Part shown: positions 13,990-26,690 of the stretch, piece after piece
Numbering within the stretch: position 1 is the first letter of the stretch
How the letters are laid out: each line of letters starts with the position of its first letter
NCBI GenBank assembly: GCA_964016885.1
Contig: OZ024745.1
Span: forward strand, 51,460,001 to 51,524,000
Length of the DNA: 64,000 bases
Reading direction: 5' to 3'
Source of the DNA: Eledone cirrhosa
Lineage: Eukaryota
Translations under genes and position numbers: made by a program
The notes under the pieces: model-generated
What the model saw: only the letters and a program-made list of their open reading frames with translations
What the model was told of the DNA's origin: nothing
The model's database searches: none

Positions 13990-15350
13990 GATCAGATACA
14001 TTTCAGTATACAGTAAGGGTGCATAAAATATATATCAATAAATTTACCGGGTACATATATTTCGCAGAAAAAGAGAAGAAAAGACAAGATTATGCATAGT
14101 GATACTGAAGAGAAGCGAAGCGAACGAAGAAATAAGTTTTACATGGATGAATACTCAGAACGTAAATATAACGTTCATTATGCTGTTTATAATATTTATA
14201 ATGATAAGTAAAAAAATTAAATTAAGGATAAAAAAATATTGTTAGAATTTAATAAAAAAATTTAGTTACATATTTAATTAATATTTAATTAAAATATATT
14301 AAGATGTATTAATAATATAAGGGTTTAGATGGGTATGTTATGTTATAGATTATAAATTATTTAAATGTATAGTATTTTACATTATAAAAAATCTAGTATT
14401 GTTTATTTGATTAAAGTAAGTTTGGCAAAATTATATTTAGCCAGAATTTATTAATAGTTGTAAGTCAAATCTTAAACATCCAAATAATTCCAAAAATTAC
14501 AAACATTTACGAGAATTTACAAAGGAATAAGTACTTAATTAGAAGTATATATTAAAACCATTTAAAAATTCAGACTATAAATCAAGACTATAAAAATTGA
14601 GATTATAAAAAAACAATAAGGAAGTTTAAAGGAAGTTAAAAGAGATTTTTTTAAAAACTCAAAAGACTCCAAGGATAGATAAAAATCTCTTAAAAAAAGT
14701 ATAAGAAGTTATAAAAAGTTATAAAAAGTTATAAAAATTCATCTTAAAATATAATTTAATACTGCTCTTTATTATCCATTTCATAAAATCAATGATATAA
14801 ACTATGTTAACTTTAATTCCAATCACCCGAGATCCGTTAAAAACACTATAGTAAATTCAGTACAGCAACGTATTTCTAGAATTTCAGCGAATAAAAATAT
14901 ATTTGAAGATAAGGCACAATATTATAACGAAGCTTTAAGTAGAACATGCTATAATAATGAAATTAAATACATTGATAATAAAAATATGCCAACTAACCAT
15001 AATTATAATTATAAGAAACCTAGCACTAACTCTAAAATTAAAAGAAGAAATAGAACTAGAAATATATTATGGTTCGCTCCCCCTTTCTCATTAAGTATTA
15101 ACACTCCAATAGCTAAACAATTTGTTAAAGCTCTAGATAAATCTTCTCCCAAGACACATAGGTATCACTCAATCTTTAATAGACATACAATTAAACTATC
15201 ATATTCTACCACTATGAATTTAGCGCACCATAATTTGCCTTGGTTGCCCTTGAAATATATATAATAAAATAATTATGGTTTTATAAATATAGTTTCCATT
15301 TATTAATATATTGAATATTTACTCCACTATACTGTTGAGTGCTTTATATC
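13990..15350 (+). pseudogene. Decayed, AT-rich Naiad-like PLE (RT C-terminus/linker best preserved at 14760-15230)
   Basis: INYVNFNSNHPRSVKNTIV..QRISRISANKNIF..AQYYNEAL and RRNRTRNILWFAPPFS..RYHSIFNRHTIKLSYSTT, parallel to the 15771 element. Confidence 0.8.
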
Positions 15351-15454
15351 AGTTATAAACATTTTTAAGCTTGTTGAATCCCAACAAATTAAATATAACA
15401 TCTGCATATATATATATGTATATATATATAAAAATATAAATGTATATATATATA

Positions 15455-15503
<49 letters not shown>

Positions 15504-15578
15504 ATGTATATAAATATAAATGTATATACATATATATATATATGTATATATAAATATATGTGTATATATATATATATG

Positions 15579-15665
<87 letters not shown>

Positions 15666-15687
15666 ATATATATGTATATGTATATAT

Positions 15688-15773
<86 letters not shown>

Positions 15774-15813
15774 CCCTTCTCCTTTTGTAGAGCACCTCAC
15801 TTTCTTTGCCATC

Positions 15814-18637
15814 ATGGAGAATCAGCTGTTAGCTATGTCTCTCAAGTGTATCCTCTTACCCAGCAGAAAACCTACCTCAAACAACTCATAGATGCAACTA
15901 ACTTGTTCATACGGAGAGTTAGATGGAAGGCCTACCACCTGGATAAGAACACCTGTAACCTGCCTGAACATAAAGAGAGGTATGGCTTCAAAACATACCG
16001 AAACCCACCACACAACACCTTGCTAGACACCTTTCTGGAGAATCTGCTGAAAATGATCAGAAACATTAAGTTCAAAAAGAAACACCGACGCAGCAACCCA
16101 TTCTTAACATCTCTGGATACACTCATCACCAAGATCAAGAATGACCCACACCTCTTCGTCACCTCTGACAAAACCAAGTAGCTGTACAAGATGGACGCGA
16201 GCAAGTATAAACAATTCATCTATAAAGAACTGCACAAAGACTACAAAAAGACACCCATTAGTACCTTAAATGACATAAATAGAGTAGGGATGGATATAGT
16301 TACTAGCTTAGAAATAGATAAGTACACAAACCCATATGTCCCTCTGACGCCTAGATTCTCTCTTAAGGATCACAAATGTAACTTTAATGAAAGCCCCTCT
16401 ATTAGACTAATATGTCCCTCTACATCTGATATAGGTAAGATTAGTAAAGTGATCCTCAATAGAGTACTACTGGAGCTTAATAGAAAAGCTAAGGTCTGCC
16501 TCTGGAGCAACACCGACCAGGTCATAGATTGGTTCACCGAGGTGCCTGATAAAGCGTCCTCGAAGTTCATTCAGTTTGACATAGATAGTGACTACGCCTC
16601 TATCTCCCGCATACTCTTAAATAAGGCACTCATATTAGCTAAATCTAACACTAGACTCACTAAAAAAGAAATAGAGATAGTTCTAGCGGCGCGTAGAACC
16701 ATTATCCTGTTAGAAGGCTCCCACTGGACCAGAACCAACCGTCCTGATAACTTCGATTTCACAATGGGGTCCAGCGACTCGGCGCAAGCAACCGATCTGG
16801 TCGGAATATACCTCCTCCATAAGCTTAGGGACGAGATATCGGCCCTATAAGGAGGTGTATATAGGGACGACGCCCTGTTTACCGTTAGGAACCATAGCCC
16901 TCGTAGAATAGAGAACCTTAACAAGCACATACACAGGTTCTTCAAGTCATACGGCCTATCCATAACTATAGACCTCAACCACCAGGTTGTCAACATGTTG
17001 GACGTGACCCTGGAGTTGAGTACGGGCCTATACAAGCCATACCATAAGCCTGGAGAGAGCCTTTTTTATATTAATTATGCCTCCAACCACCCTAAGCAGA
17101 CTCTCAACTCCATAGTCTATAGCATCTCACATAGCATCTCGAGGCTCTCCGCCAATGAGGATATCTTCAACCAAGCGGCAGATTACTACAATAGGGCCTT
17201 GATAAGCGCCGGTCTTAACCGAGGAATCTCCTACATCCCTAACGCTAGCTCCAGAAACCACCCCCTCATAAGACTAACGTTATAGTAAGCCATATCTATA
17301 ACCGATCACGCGGTGACTTCGAAGGAGTCGGATATAATATTATAGAAAATCGCACTAAGAAACACGGCCACAATGTTAATTACACTGGCGATAGTATAGG
17401 TAGCTTACCACACAATAAATATCACTACCCCGGTGACAGTGACCACTGTAGCCTACTTGAATTATTCTCTTACTATAAAATCAACAAAGGCGACGGCATA
17501 CTACCAACGCCTTCCAACCAACATCTTCCTATACATAAACATAGCAAAAGGAAGAAGAGCGTACCCGAGCATAAAGCGAAACGGACACGTAACGGGCTAC
17601 AGTGCATTAACATGCATATGAACGGTCACCCTGATAGCACTACCCGTAGCAAACGTACTAAGACACATAATCGCCACCGTAACGTCCTATGGTTCCATCG
17701 CCCCTACTCTCAGAGTGTGGCCTCCGAAACAGCCCGGATATTCTTCGAAGCCTTAGAGAAGAACTTCCCACCCAACAATAGGTATAGGAAAATCCTTAAT
17801 AGGAACAATATAAAAGTATCCTTCTCTACTACTCCTAATCTAGCAGACATCAGAGAAACAACAAATCACAGTAAGATCACCAAGACACAGCACCTTAGCA
17901 CAGACGCACCTACATCTGACAACAACTATATCGGCCTTAACGACTCCCTAGCAGCATCCACTAGTGCTGGCAACATCCTCTACAGACGCAAACAACATAA
18001 CGGCGACATGACTGGGGAATATGCAGGTGACCCGCACGGGTCATCTGGCGGCAACGGAAGACGTTGCTGCATCCGGATTAATAATGGTACCACCCCGCGC
18101 ACAGTGGGTTACAATGGTGCTAATGACAGATGTAGGAGCGTAGGTAATAACGTAGATAGCAATAATAATAGCCTTCCCATGGGAGCTAGAAGGGACCGCG
18201 ACAGAAATTGCAACTGCCGAGACAGGGGACGCTGCCCCCTTAGGGGAAACTGCTTGACTTATAAGGTTATATATAGGTGCACCGTAACTAGTCATAATAG
18301 CGTTAAACATTATATAGGGGCTACCTCTGGCCCGTTCAAAATTAGATTTCGAACACATCTCCACTCTTTCGCAAATAAGAAATTAAGACACTCCACTTCG
18401 GTCGCGAACTACATCACAATATTAAAAGACTTAAACAGCAGCTTCTCCCTGCACTGGGGAATTGTCGGCAGGGCTGCACCGTACAACTTCAAGAGGAAGT
18501 GCGGGCTTTGCCTCATGGAGCTCTACCACATCATAACGGCACCCCGCGAGCTCATCAACAACAGAGCTGAAACGACGATGAGCTGTACACACCGCTTCAA
18601 AATATTCTACTTCAGATGGAATAAGAAAGAGGAGTGA
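15814..18637 (+). pseudogene. PLE RT/GIY-YIG polyprotein with stops and frameshifts
   Basis: [102 protein letters not shown]; in-frame stops at 16179 and 16848. Confidence 0.92.
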
Positions 18638-19010
18638 AACCGTAAACAGGGTCTCCCTGCACCAAACTTTAACACCCCGGCGGGCAGGCGCTGCTAAAAA
18701 CATCCGAAAACTAACCATGTATCCCAGACTCGGCATTAATCGACCCAGGCAAGCAGGCGCAGCAAACACATGTCTCAAAACAAACGTTGCATACCTGACC
18801 CTGTGCGTATCGGCAATGGTAAGGTGGTAACCACATGTTGTATCGGATAAAAAATTTGTCCGGGAAAGACTGCCCTAACACCGGCCAGAGTTATCTCTCT
18901 TGACCTACTGCAAAATCAAAACATGTTCTTTTACGAAGAATGAACTCTGACGTGAACTTCTCTCTAAAAACCCATTCCGGGTCATGTAAGAAACGCTTTT
19001 TAGTTATTAT

Positions 19011-19050
19011 GCCCTTGAGAAGCCCATTCTGGCGAAACGTACGTAGGTGC
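19011..19050 (+). ncRNA. Minimal hammerhead ribozyme, U3-A8 variant, in PLE 3' end
   Basis: gccc-TTGAGAA-gcc(cattct)ggc-GAAA-cgtacg-TA-ggtgc; palindromic ACGTACGT helix III; GUA triplet. Confidence 0.75.
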
Positions 19051-19104
19051 TATTTTAAATAAACATGTTTTAACGGTCTGTTCTCCTATATTTTACTTCT
19101 CCAC

Positions 19105-19191
<87 letters not shown>

Positions 19192-19344
19192 TATATGTAT
19201 ATATATATATATATAGATATATAGATATAGATATAGATATATATAGTATATATATATGTATATATATATAAATGTATATATATGTTATATATATATATAT
19301 GTGCGTATATATATATGTATATATATATACATATATATATATAT

Positions 19345-19375
<31 letters not shown>

Positions 19376-19492
19376 ATTTATATATATATATGTGTGTATA
19401 TATATATGCATATATATATGTATATATGTATATTTATATATATATATATATGTATACATATATATATATGTATATATATATATGTATACATA

Positions 19493-19666
19493 CGGCAGAG
19501 ATCACGCCGTTTCGACGGTTATTTCTGAGTCCATAGTAGCCGTCTCAAACGGCTTCAGCTCTGCCGTCGGGGTCATACTTTTTCCTATTTCCCACTCTAC
19601 TACCCTAAGTATTGAGTACTCTGGTGCGTTATGGTCCTTTTGGTTGCTTACCACAATTCCTTTGTT
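19493..19666. mobile_element. Family-A hairpin element, diverged and truncated copy
   Basis: Same tail and partial hairpin as 33828-34021; TA-rich flanks. Confidence 0.8.
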
Positions 19667-20186
19667 ATATATAAATATATATAGAAATAATATATATATA
19701 TATATATGCATATATATATGCATATATATATATATTTACATATATATATATAAGTATGTATATATATATATATATGTTTATATATATATATATATATATA
19801 TATATGCATATATATATGTATATATGTATATTTATATATATATATATGTATACATACATATATGTATATATGTATATTTATATATATATAGAAACAAAAT
19901 GAAAACGAAATTTCATTTCTCACTCTTAGTATGGCACTTACTTAAATGTAAGTATGCATGTATACGTACATACATATATGTATACAGACGTACAGTAGCA
20001 TGCACATATATATATATATATACATATATACATACATATGCATAGAGGTACACATACATATATGCACGTATCAGTTTAGCGGCGCTAACGTCGCTTTGTT
20101 CGTTTGTAAACAAACTGAACAGCCTGAATTTATGCCATACGGTGTTAAGGCAACCACGTCACCTTTTTGTTCAACACTGACACAGG

Positions 20187-20231
20187 AACGATGTACTAGT
20201 TTCAAGCTTGTTAGCTATCATCAGCACCGTT
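20187..20231 (-). ncRNA. Minimal type I hammerhead ribozyme, unit 1
   Basis: rc: aacggtg-CTGATGA-tagct(aaca)agctt-GAAA-ctag-TA-catcgtt; 7-bp helix I, palindromic ACTAGT helix III. Confidence 0.8.
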
Positions 20232-20652
20232 TACCCATCTGCCAGATAGTTGAACGTTCGAAAGTATATACTTTCCTTATGAAAATTAACGGCTGAGCAG
20301 CCTAATTTGCATATTGAGTGAGTAAAATCGGTCAGGCATACCGAAAACGATAAATTGAAACAAAATGAAAACGAAATTTCATTTCTCACTCTTAGTATGG
20401 CACTTACTTAAATGTAAGTATGCATGTATACGTACATACATATATGTATACAGACGTACAGTAGCATGCACATATATATATATATATACATATATACATA
20501 CATATGCATAGAGGTACACATACATATATGCACGTATCAGTTTAGCGGCGCTAACGTCGCTTTGTTCGTTTGTAAACAAACTGAACAGCCTGAATTTATG
20601 CCATACGGTGTTAAGGCAACCACGTCAACTTTTTGTTCAACACTGACACAGG

Positions 20653-20697
20653 AACGATGTACTAGTTTCAAGCTTGTTAGCTATCATCAGCACCGTT
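20653..20697 (-). ncRNA. Minimal type I hammerhead ribozyme, unit 2
   Basis: Identical to 20187-20231. Confidence 0.8.
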
Positions 20698-21118
20698 TAC
20701 CCATCTGCCAGATAGTTGAACGTTCGAAAGTATATACTTTCCTTATGAAAATTAACGGCTGAGCAGCCTAATTTGCATATTGAGTGAGTAAAATCGGTCA
20801 GGCATACCGAAAACGATAAATTGAAACAAAATGAAAACGAAATTTCATTTCTCACTCTTAGTATGGCACTTACTTAAATGTAAGTATGCATGTATACGTA
20901 CATACATATATGTATACAGACGTACAGTAGCATGCACATATATATATATATATACATATATACATACATATGCATAGAGGTACACATACATATATGCACG
21001 TATCAGTTTAGCGGCGCTAACGTCGCTTTGTTCGTTTGTAAACAAACTGAACAGCCTGAATTTATGCCATACGGTGTTAAGGCAACCACGTCACCTTTTT
21101 GTTCAACACTGACACAGG

Positions 21119-21163
21119 AACGATGTACTAGTTTCAAGCTTGTTAGCTATCATCAGCACCGTT
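21119..21163 (-). ncRNA. Minimal type I hammerhead ribozyme, unit 3 (forms the loop of the fold-back)
   Basis: Identical to 20187-20231. Confidence 0.8.
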
Positions 21164-21487
21164 TACCTGTGTCAGTGTTGAACAAAAAGGTGACGTGGTT
21201 GCCTTAACACCGTATGGCATAAATTCAGGCTGTTCAGTTTGTTTACAAACGAACAAAGCGACGTTAGCGCCGCTAAACTGATACGTGCATATATGTATGT
21301 GTACCTCTATGCATATGTATGTATATATGTATATATATATATATATGTCCATGCTACTGTACGTCTGTATACATATATGTATGTACGTATACATGCATAC
21401 TTACATATATATATATATATGTATACATATATATATATATGTATATATATATGTATATACATATTTATATATATATATATACATATT

Positions 21488-21535
<48 letters not shown>

Positions 21536-21547
21536 TATATAGAAATG

Positions 21548-21578
<31 letters not shown>

Positions 21579-22471
21579 TATATATATATGAGAGACAGAA
21601 TGGGAAATGTGTGTGTTTATGTGTATGTGTGCGCATATGCGTGTGTATGTGTATGCATGTGTGTGTGTATGCATGTGTGTGTGTGTGAGTGTATAAGCGG
21701 TAATAGATAAATAGATTGGTAGATAGTTGCATACGTATCAGGTTGAATTAAATATACATTTGTAGATAGGCTTTATGGATAAAGATACCATCAAAGCATC
21801 TCACTGATTATATTAAAGTAACGGTCATATTATGATAAGACCTGAAATATTCCAGAATTCCAAATATATATTTTAAGAATAAATATGATCTACGTTTCTT
21901 GCAAGTTGTCATATTAGGCAATATTACATTTTTCATAAGTAAACTGAAATAACTTATTTACACCATATAGTACATATCGTTCCGTATCCATATAGGTTGT
22001 AACTCATATATGCAGCAAAAATTCCCACATATAACAACATACGTGTTACTCATTTCACTTATTTAATGCACAGAACCTCTTTAGGCTTTCAGTAATTAAA
22101 TAGTCAATTGTTGTCACACCTCGTGTTAAGTTGCATAAACCTGATGAATATCGGTAATTTACGAAGAATTCAGTTCCATTGATCGAAAACACCGATCACT
22201 CATCGACTGAAACCATGATGCTTCCATCCTCCTATCCCTTGCACCCTCTCCATCTTTCTCTCTATCTCACCATATATATATATATGTTGTTTTTGCCGAG
22301 AATAAGTAAGTGACATAGTCACTACTTTAAAACTCATAGCGAATGGTCTTCTAAATAATTTAAATTAAACATGCAGTATATTGCCAAATATACTATTCAT
22401 GTATAAATAGCGATGTATACATTCATGTATACATCGCTATTTCAAAGCACCAATACTAATATATATGGTTT

Positions 22472-22656
<185 letters not shown>

Positions 22657-24894
22657 TTTTAATTATATATATATATATAGTTTAAATTATTATATATATA
22701 TAGTTTTAATTACATATATATATATAGTTTTAATTATATATATATTTATTTTATTAAGGCTAAATAGTGAGTCTTTTCATTCTGGAGTTTGGCCTGTTTA
22801 CTTCGGTATGGAATACTCCTTTCTCTCAGCCGTCATCCACTACGGAGCGGCCATGTTTACCCTGTAACAGCAGCAAGAAAACCGGCGCGATCAAACTCAA
22901 ACTGCGGTTACGTTAGTACAATTATACCAACTATAAGCTTACGATATGTAATGATGAAAGTGCAGATACTTTTTGACTTACGCGCGTATTATTATTTTCA
23001 TGCTTGTTGGAAAGTGGAAAAGAATATTTCAACGTATTGGACGTTAGTTCTTCATCAGTTAAGCTTAAATTTCGGAGAAGATGGAGGCTGGAAGGAAACA
23101 AAATTTTATCATGATTAGGAAGACGAATACAAGATTATATTTATCCAGTTAATATGTATAGGCAAGCATACAACTTTGCTAAAATATGTATATTTCCGTT
23201 CTTATCAAATCACGTTAAATTAGTTTAATGAAATTGCCTAATTGCCTTAAGCATTGGTTGAATACGCCCTAAACATTGTATAATGTATCTACTGCAAGTA
23301 TAGAAAAAAACATTTTCAATAATACTGATAAACATGTGAAATAGATATATTTTCATATTTTCTATTTCACAGAAGCTTCAAATTTGCAATATCTTTAAGA
23401 CGTATGTCACTTGTAACCGTATAAATTTATGTTGATAAAGACATAACTTTTTTATGAAGACGCTTACTATATATCAAATATCTATATCTATTGTTGTTTC
23501 ATCACAGATCCACAGGAAAGTGATGGCATTCTATCCGCGAGAGCTTTATCTATTTTATGATGACGGTATTTTATTTGAGAATATTTTGGCTGTTATCTTT
23601 AGCATATTAATTGAGAGCATAACGGATACCTGGTTTTCCAAGTTATGTGCTGAGATTTATTCACAGAAAATTATGATATTTTGCAAACAAGAAAAAGCTC
23701 AGATATTTGCTATCATCATAACACACGTTGCAATCAAATAGTTCCAATATTTATATATTTCAATATACGATTTACATCCCATAAAATAAAAAAAAAAAAC
23801 ACTTAAATTAGGGACAATGAACGGTGGAAACCATAAATGTAGATCATCGCAATTGAATTTTATTATGTGAATAAGTAGTTGAAACGGTAAAGTGTTCTTT
23901 CTTTTTATTGCAGTATATATATAAAATTTCCTCCCGGTCTGTCATAAAGTCACACTCTTTTGACGATATTATACATATACATATATACACATACACAAAC
24001 ACACACACATACACACACACCACATACACACACACACAGAGACACACACACACACATATATATATATATATTCGAACAATATATTAAATTCTGTAAACAA
24101 TGGAAATATTTCCACATGCAAGATAGCTACATTATCTTCTTCATAACGTTTATATGAAACCATACATGAATATGGTCTATGTGTAAAATTGCACAGATAT
24201 CTGTTAAAGAATGCCTGACAATAGAAACTAAATAAAGTGATATTAATTTTCAATAGATCAAATGATTGTTTTCTCAATAAAACCTTATTAAAACCACGAT
24301 TAACACAATATATGCTGACATCTTCACTAGAAAAGCTATATTTACGTTATTAATTGAATTTCTATAACACAGCGACTGCATCAAGAGGAAACTGTGCTCA
24401 GGTTTCAGGTTATTAACTTCAAATCTCACTATGTTCTTAAAAGAAAATAAACAACCTAAAGGATAAACATTAATTCACAAATTTCATTCATATTCATAGC
24501 ATAAATTAATTATCATTTTGAGATAATAATTTTAAGTAAGCCACAAGCCGCTAATTAGATCTTTGATGTTACATGAAGTCGATAACAATATACTGAACAA
24601 ATTATGTTTTATGTTCAGATAACTATTTATAAGTTGTATGTAGCTTCGGCACGGTCGTTCAATGAAAAATACAAGGGAATGAATGACTGAATATATTTTG
24701 TTTGGTTTATGTTAGATAAAGCTATATTTTGTAAGTGACATGTCTAAATGAATAGCTCTACAGAAATATACATCCGATCATAAAATAATTTTGTTACTGC
24801 TTATTATGACTTTCAAATATTAAGCAATAGTAAAATGGGAGAAAAGCTGCTTTATGTGCAAAAGGAAATTATTTAAAAAAGAATAATTGAAGAT

Positions 24895-25160
24895 ACATAG
24901 TTAATACTTAGTCCCTCCAACAATGGAAATTTTCTTCGCCTGATCGACTGTGAATAGATGCATCCATGGAATAGATAGCTAGAGGACATGGATGTATTTT
25001 ATGTAGGTAACCTTGAGCAAAATGTTAGGCGTGTATAATATAATATAGTCAGGCGTGTAAAAACAGCAACACTTCATTCGGAAGATTTTGGAGCAGTTGC
25101 TGAAGCGTGTTTCAGAGCATTTTGCTTCTCGCTCAAGAGAAGTCGAATCATAACATCTAG
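24895..25160 (-). pseudogene. Possible decayed LRR protein N-cap remnant
   Basis: EAKCSETR /frameshift/ LQQLLQNLPNEVLLFL and FPLLEGLSINY resemble LRRNT and first LRRs. Confidence 0.35.
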
Positions 25161-25230
25161 TGATGGAAAAATATTGAGAATAAAATAACATCTGCTACTT
25201 AGCAGTAGTTTTGAATTTGTGAAGGTGACA

Positions 25231-26130
25231 TTCTTCTTCTTCTTCTTCTTCTTCTTCTTCTTCTTCTTCTTCTTCTTCTTCTTCTTCTTCTTCTTCTTCT
25301 TCTTCTTCTTCTTCTTCTTCTTCTTCTTCTTCCGGAGAGGGTCGTGGGTGCAGAGTCCCCAAACATTCTTTCCAGTAGATCTTGAAGCAACCACCTCCAA
25401 CGGATCCAGCTGAAACTTTATGCGAGACCAGCCAGGCTCATGTTATCCCACCATCTTGCTCGTGGTCAAGCCTTAGTTCGCCTACCGGTTGGTTTTGCCC
25501 GTACAATCTGTCCAGGGATTCCTTTCTGAGACATTCTAACCAGATGTCCATTGTATCGGAGCTGTGATCTCTCAATTCGGAGAAGTAGAGGTTTCATCTG
25601 GAGTGACTCTCTTCCTTCCGAGCTACGCACTTTATCGAGTAACGTTACTCCAAAGACATTTCGGAGAAACCCTATAGCGAATTGAATATAGCGAGTTTGG
25701 CTTTTATGAATACCTCCTTTCTTCTGGTTACTGAATGCTGAAGCAGGCGCATTGGTGCAGCTGCTATTCTTTCACTTAATTGAGCATCTTGGTTTCCATC
25801 ACTCGTGAACACGACCCTGAGATAATTCTCTACATGTAGAGTGCACTCTGCAGGCTACCCTGAGGGGACGAGCGCCTCAGTTTTTGCATAACTGATTTTC
25901 ATTCCAGCCATGCAGCACTCGGCATACAACCTATCGAGTGCAAGTCGGAGATCACCTTTGTTGAATTAAGTAACACCATGTCGTCTGCAAATTCGAACCG
26001 ATTGAACTTACATCGGCCAGTCATGATGCCACTACCAACCCGGCTGCGTACGACAATAACAACTCTTGGCAGATTCCGACTCCCACACTGAATGGTTCCG
26101 ATTTAGCTCCATTTATCCAAACACAAATAC
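25231..26130 (-). mobile_element. RTE-clade LINE 3' fragment with (GAA)n tail
   Basis: (TTC)n at 25231-25332; rc encodes FADDMVLL-like and LLQHSVTRRKEVFIKAK segments; homologous to 36638-37467, 48624-49005 and 61920-62195. Confidence 0.8.
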
Positions 26131-26299
26131 TTAGGTGACATTATGAATATGAAATATAGTTTGTGCCATGAGTAGAGAAGTATAAATACCACATTGTTTA
26201 ATATTTGTTGAATTGAATTACACTTTGATTTTGAGGGCAATACATTTGCCTGAACTGAAAAGATAAAGTATTAACATTCAATATACAACTGTAAACGAC

Positions 26300-26690
26300 C
26301 CAAATCAGTGTTAGTCGTACTTGTGTAAATGCTGAGTTCAGCAGGCATCGGAGATTATAATTGAAAGCCACATTTGTCAAATCATCTATATTTTCAATAT
26401 TTTGAGAGACTGCTATTAGACGAGTGAATAATCCTCTTGGTAATACTGTTGGTATGTAATTACTATACACAACAGATATTGGAAAAATATGACGATAGTC
26501 ATGGGGGAAGATGTTCATATATCGAACGTTTCATTGAATTCCCTTTTGGGGTAACATGTATGTGTTTGGAAATGCAATAGATTATCAACTTCGTGTCAGT
26601 AAAACGGTGATAATAATATTGTAGCAAACACTGATTTTGACATGAAAGAAAACGTATGTGTAAGAAGGATTCCAAACACAACGACTTACA
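26300..26690 (-). pseudogene. Possible decayed LRR-protein remnant
   Basis: SCQNQC..IYCISKHIHVTPKG, SNYIPTVLPRGLFTRL, NYNLRCLLNSAF. Confidence 0.4.

Larger units (their letters stand above)
15771..19105 (+). mobile_element. Near-full-length Penelope-like element, Naiad-type, inserted in (TA)n
   Basis: RT plus C-terminal GIY-YIG coding region, 3' HHR at 19011, AATAAA at ~19058, long (TA)n on both sides. Confidence 0.92.
19891..21403 (-). mobile_element. Family-B retrozyme-like tandem array: 466-bp units x ~2.7 followed by ~240-bp inverted arm
   Basis: Units start at 19891, 20357 and 20823 and are nearly identical; 21166-21403 is the reverse complement of ~20880-21118. Confidence 0.9.

Noticed and set aside
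18930-19000. SECIS element / selenoprotein recoding, known from some Naiad PLEs
   Set aside because: Conserved Cys codons in the GIY-YIG region are TGY, the two in-frame RT stops are TAG/TAA, and the GTGA..AAAA..GA candidate lacks a pairable helix II
19891-21165. Tandem array as CRISPR or as repeated 112-aa genes
   Set aside because: Whole units are identical with no unique spacers, no cas genes, eukaryotic context; the ORFs derive from low-complexity sequence
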